From assembly GCA_002269645.1 (NCBI GenBank), contig NIVC01000592.1:186001-250000 (forward strand): a stretch of DNA of 64,000 nucleotides. The letters are read 5' to 3'. This document shows, one piece after another, positions 59,950-64,000 of this stretch. The notes under the pieces were generated by a model that saw only the letters and a program-made list of their open reading frames with translations, did no database searches and had not been told where the DNA came from. The first letter of the stretch is position 1, and every line of letters starts with the position of its first letter. The stretch is from Macrostomum lignano (taxonomy: Eukaryota). A program made the position numbers and the translations under genes.

Positions 59950-62900
59950 TCACAGGTACATGCCGTTGATCAGGTAGTCCGCCTCGTCGCTGGTCAGCGC
60001 TTTGCCGCCGCGCCGGAACCGGGCCCTCAGCTGGCGGATGCGGCAGGTCAGGAACAGCACAGCGACCAGGCTGAGGCCCAGGCCCAGGGCCAGCGCGACC
60101 ACGGCTGTGCGGGACTGCCGGTAGTTCTCCATCAGGTCGGCCAGCTTCGCCTGCGACTGGCCGGTCAGGCCGACTGGCGGCCGCGGCTTCTGCGGCTTCG
60201 ACGGCTTCGGAGGCTGCGGCTTCGACGGCGTCGACTTGCGGCTGGAGTCTGCAGCGATTGACGTGTTGAAATGGATTTCGATACATATCTGATTATGCCA
60301 ATAATAGTAATAGCAGTAGTAATTTCCGGAAAATACAAGCAACCTGGTGGTTTTCGAAAATACAAAGACTACGCTTTCTAGGAAAGACACTAAGCTTTTT
60401 AGGAAAGACACTAAGCTTTATAGGAAAGACACTAAGCTTTCTAGGAAAGACACTAAGCTTTATAGGAAAGACACTAAGCTTTATAGGAAAGACACTAAGC
60501 TTTCTAGGAAAGACACTAAGCTTTCTAGGAAAGACACTAAGCTTGCTAGGAAAGACACTAAGCTTTCTAGGAAAGACACTAAGCTTTCTAGGAAAGACAC
60601 TAAGCTTTCTAGGAAAGATTTCTAAGAATCATAAGAACAACCCAATTCCAGGAAAAATTGAAGCTTTTAAAAGAAAAATTCTGCATTTCCAACCTCTCAG
60701 AGGCGCCTCGGTGGCGGCAGTGCGGGCTCGCTGCTTGGCCCGCCGACCAGATGGCAAGTCCAGCTCGCCGATTTCAGCGGCTCTGCCCGAAGACCGAGGC
60801 CTCCACGGCGGGTCAGCGGCGGCGGTGGCGGCGGCGGCCGAGGCTGCCAGCTGTTTGAGACGCTGGCGCCGTCGCTGCGACTCGGCGGAGCTCCAGTCGG
60901 TGTAGCCAGGCGCGGCGTCGTAGGCGCTGACTGGCGGAGCGCTGTCGGGGTCCCGGTCGGCGTAGGCGGCGGCGCCAAGTCGGTAGTAATCGGCGTCGGC
61001 TGCGTCAGATTTTTCCAGCGCGGCGGCGGCCTTGTCGGCTTTGTCTGGAAAGCGAATAAATTATCTATGACCACACAGATCTATGACCACACAGATCTAT
61101 GACCACACAGATCTATGACCGCACAGATCTATGACCACACAGATCTATGACCACACAGATCTATGACCACACAGATCTATGACCACACAGATCTATGACC
61201 GCACAGATCTATGACCACACAGATCTATGACCACACAGATCTATGACCGCACAGATCTATGACCACATATTTATGACCACACAGATCTATGACCGCACAG
61301 ATCTATGACCGCACAGATCTATGACCACACAGATCTATGACCACATATTTATGACCACACAGATCTATGACCACACAGATCTATGACCGCACAGATCTAT
61401 GACCACACAGATCTATGACCACACAGATCTATGACCGCACAGATCTATGACCGCACAGATCTATGACCACACAGATCTATGACCACACAGATCTATGACC
61501 GCACAGATCTATGACCACACAGATCTATGACCGCACAGATCTATGACCACACAGATCTATGACCACATATTTATGACCACACAGATCTATGACCACACAG
61601 ATCTATGACCACACAGATCTATGACCACACAGATCTATGACCACACAGATCTATGACCACACAGATCTATGACCACACAGATCTATGACCACACAGATCT
61701 ATGACCACACAGATCTATGACCACACAGATCTATGACCACATAGATCTATGACCACACAGATCTATGACCACACAGATCTATGACCACACAGATTTATGA
61801 CCACACAGATCTATGAACACACAGATATATGACCACACAGATCTATGACCAGACAGGCGCAGCATGACTCACCCAGGTTGTAGATGGTCTCGGGCTCCAG
61901 CCTGTTGGCCAGCTGGTCATAATCCAGCGACCTGTCGCTGGCTGGCAGCCACCGCTGCCTCGTTTTGTCCGACGATCCCCAATCGTCTGCCGACTTCCTC
62001 AGCAGCAGTTCGGCCGCGGTGGCGTCATCCAAGCCGTAGCGGGAGGCCGCCGGGTTTTTCAGAAAGCTGTCCGGCCCATTCGGCAGCTGGTCCTCGGCCA
62101 GCACCGGCGCCCGGCTGAGCTGCAGGCTGCCTTGGGCGCGCGGCAGGTCGGACATTCGGCCGCCGGGGGGCAGCGGCGTCGGGACGCTCTGGGCCAGCAT
62201 GTGGTGCTCAGCCACCTTACCCGTGTGGTGCTGCTGCTGCTGCTGCTGCAGTTGCTGCTGTTGTTGCAGGATCTGCTGCTGCTGTTTGGTTCGAGCGGAT
62301 GCCTCGGCAGCGGCGGCGGCGGCAGCTTGCAAAATCGATTTGGCGTCGGCTGTAAGCAGTCAGGAATAAATTGAATCAATCGAGGGTAAACAGTGCGAGT
62401 AAACTATGCTCTAAATACCTCGTCGCCTAATTAGTACCCTAATATTGAATACTGCAGTACTTACCATAGCTCTTGGACTGCTCAGCGCTTCCGGGGGCGG
62501 TCGCAACGGCGGCGGGAGAGGAGGAGGCGGCAGAAGCGGCCGTGCAATCGACCTCGTCGCTGCCATCGCCGCAGTGGACAATGCCGTCGCAGCGGTCGTA
62601 GATGGCGATGCAGTGCGGCGCCTTGGTGATGTCCCGGCATTGGAACTGTAGGTCCGGGTAGCGACAAACTGAAGCCGGCTTCTTCTGCTGCAACTGCGGT
62701 TGCGGTTGCATAGCAACTGGAGCTTGAGTCGGAGCCGGCTGCTGCTGTGGCGGCTGTGGCGGCGGCGGCAGCGGCAACTGAGTGGTTGCAGGATCTGCTC
62801 AGAGAACAAAGTCAAACAGTTTTACAATGCGCTGAAAAAAACTTCACACTGCTATTGTTTTAACAATAACGATGGATTCCATGCATTAAATACTGGGAAA

Positions 62901-64000
62901 TTAAATTCCAAGGCCTCTTTGTCACTGAAAAATATTGATAATTGGATATTTCGCAGTTCACACAACTCCGCTCCGCTACTACCAGTAGCAGCATGCTGAA
63001 TGATGCAAAATGAACAAGCAATGTACTTTTATATAACATTCTAAACTCCTTTTAGGTTCCAACAACCAAATGTATACAGCATTATCTGCACCAAAACCAG
63101 TTAGAAATGAGCAAAGCACCCAGCACCAAAAATTCCAATTTGGTAACAGTCAAACAATTTGAACAAGCCAATTTTGCAACAAATCAGAAACCAGAAGTTA
63201 AAAAAGTTTTTTCTCATAATTTTCTTACATATTCAGTGCAGATGGGTAAGCTGAAAAAAGTTAATTAAAATAATACAAAATGACACAATTGCAAAATTAA
63301 TTATTTTTTCATCATAATCAATAAAGCAAATATATTGCTGTTGTTTCAATCAATAACAAAGTTTTTTTTAAATCTCAACAAATATGCTAAGCAAGCTATG
63401 GTAAGCAATTTTTAGCATAGAAATTAATTGTGATATTTATACACTTTTATATAAAGAAACATACTTACTATTAGCCAGTGTGGGTTTAGCAGTTATAGCC
63501 ATAGATGCCTTGGAGTCTTTAGTCTGGCTATGAGTAGGAGGGATTATTGCCATCCGCACAGCTGCCACATAGCGATTATGGCTTTCAAAGTTGCATAAGG
63601 TAGCAGCAATTCCACAGTTGAATAGGTAGCACAGGTTTTTGTTCTGTTTTAATGAAATGAAATAAGAGAAAAAATAAATGTTTACTTCGTTTATAAGTAT
63701 TATATACAGTATAAAATACTATTAGATTTGTAAATAGCTTTTTAATACTTTATATATGTGATACTTAAAATAACAATAGTATATTACATGAATAGTTGGT
63801 ATATCAAAAAATATTTTTAAAGCTCAGATTTAACTATAACTAAATACATAAAATCTATTCAAATTCAAGATTTTTTTATGTTTTAATTGAACTCATTACA
63901 CATGCTCATTAGAAGAAGCTTAGCAGATAATAAATTAAAAGGTAGGAGCCAAAACTGAAATATTATTGCAAATCAACATACCGCAACTTCAAAAATTGCA
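59950..64000 (-). CDS. LRP11: LRP11-like type I membrane protein (MANEC + LDLa + TM), 5' part outside window
   Basis: Exons (minus) >64000-63982, 63643-63469, 62794-62465, 62349-61873, 61044-60694, 60248-59950 (phases 0,1,1,1,1). MANEC half AIFEVA|NKNLCYLFNCG..CNFESHNRY, LDLa CRYPDLQFQC..CIAIYDRCDGIVHCGDGSDEVDC, TM VVALALGLGLSLVAVLFL, tail TSDEADYLINGMYL*. Confidence 0.88.
60375..60620. repeat. 21-bp array (CTAGGAAAGACACTAAGCTTT)n, last LRP11-like intron
   Basis: Direct reading. Confidence 0.95.
61065..61850. repeat. 16-bp array (GATCTATGACCACACA)n, LRP11-like intron
   Basis: ~48 units. Confidence 0.97.

Overview
Eukaryotic, intron-rich animal genomic DNA. GC-rich exons, poly-Ala/Gln tracts, GTGAG-type donors and introns packed with private minisatellites resemble the flatworm Macrostomum lignano (inference; no search was run). 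Eight spliced genes were reconstructed by hand, with consistent intron phases. They are myoD (-), a secreted WSC+PAN-like protein (+), an endosomal NHE6/7/9-type exchanger (+), an RRM + RS + periphilin-C-domain protein (+), ZnT6 (+), PARG (+), an orphan beta-propeller-like protein (+), and the 3' part of an LRP11-like MANEC/LDLa receptor (-). Most long ORFs in the supplied track are read-through of about 40 tandem repeat arrays and are not genes. Main findings: (1) a periphilin (HUSH-subunit-like) C-terminal domain fused to an RRM; (2) AT-rich, CpG-poor blocks over the 5' parts of two genes, one holding a tandemly duplicated mariner relic decayed mostly by C>T/G>A changes, including CpA>TpA; (3) intronic arrays built from splice-site sequence, including about 34 copies of the ZnT6 5' splice site; (4) E-box arrays filling two myoD introns; (5) a recurring CTACT-N3-AGTAG palindrome; (6) a foldback-like inverted duplication of about 6 kb. 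Array coordinates are approximate and counts were made by eye.
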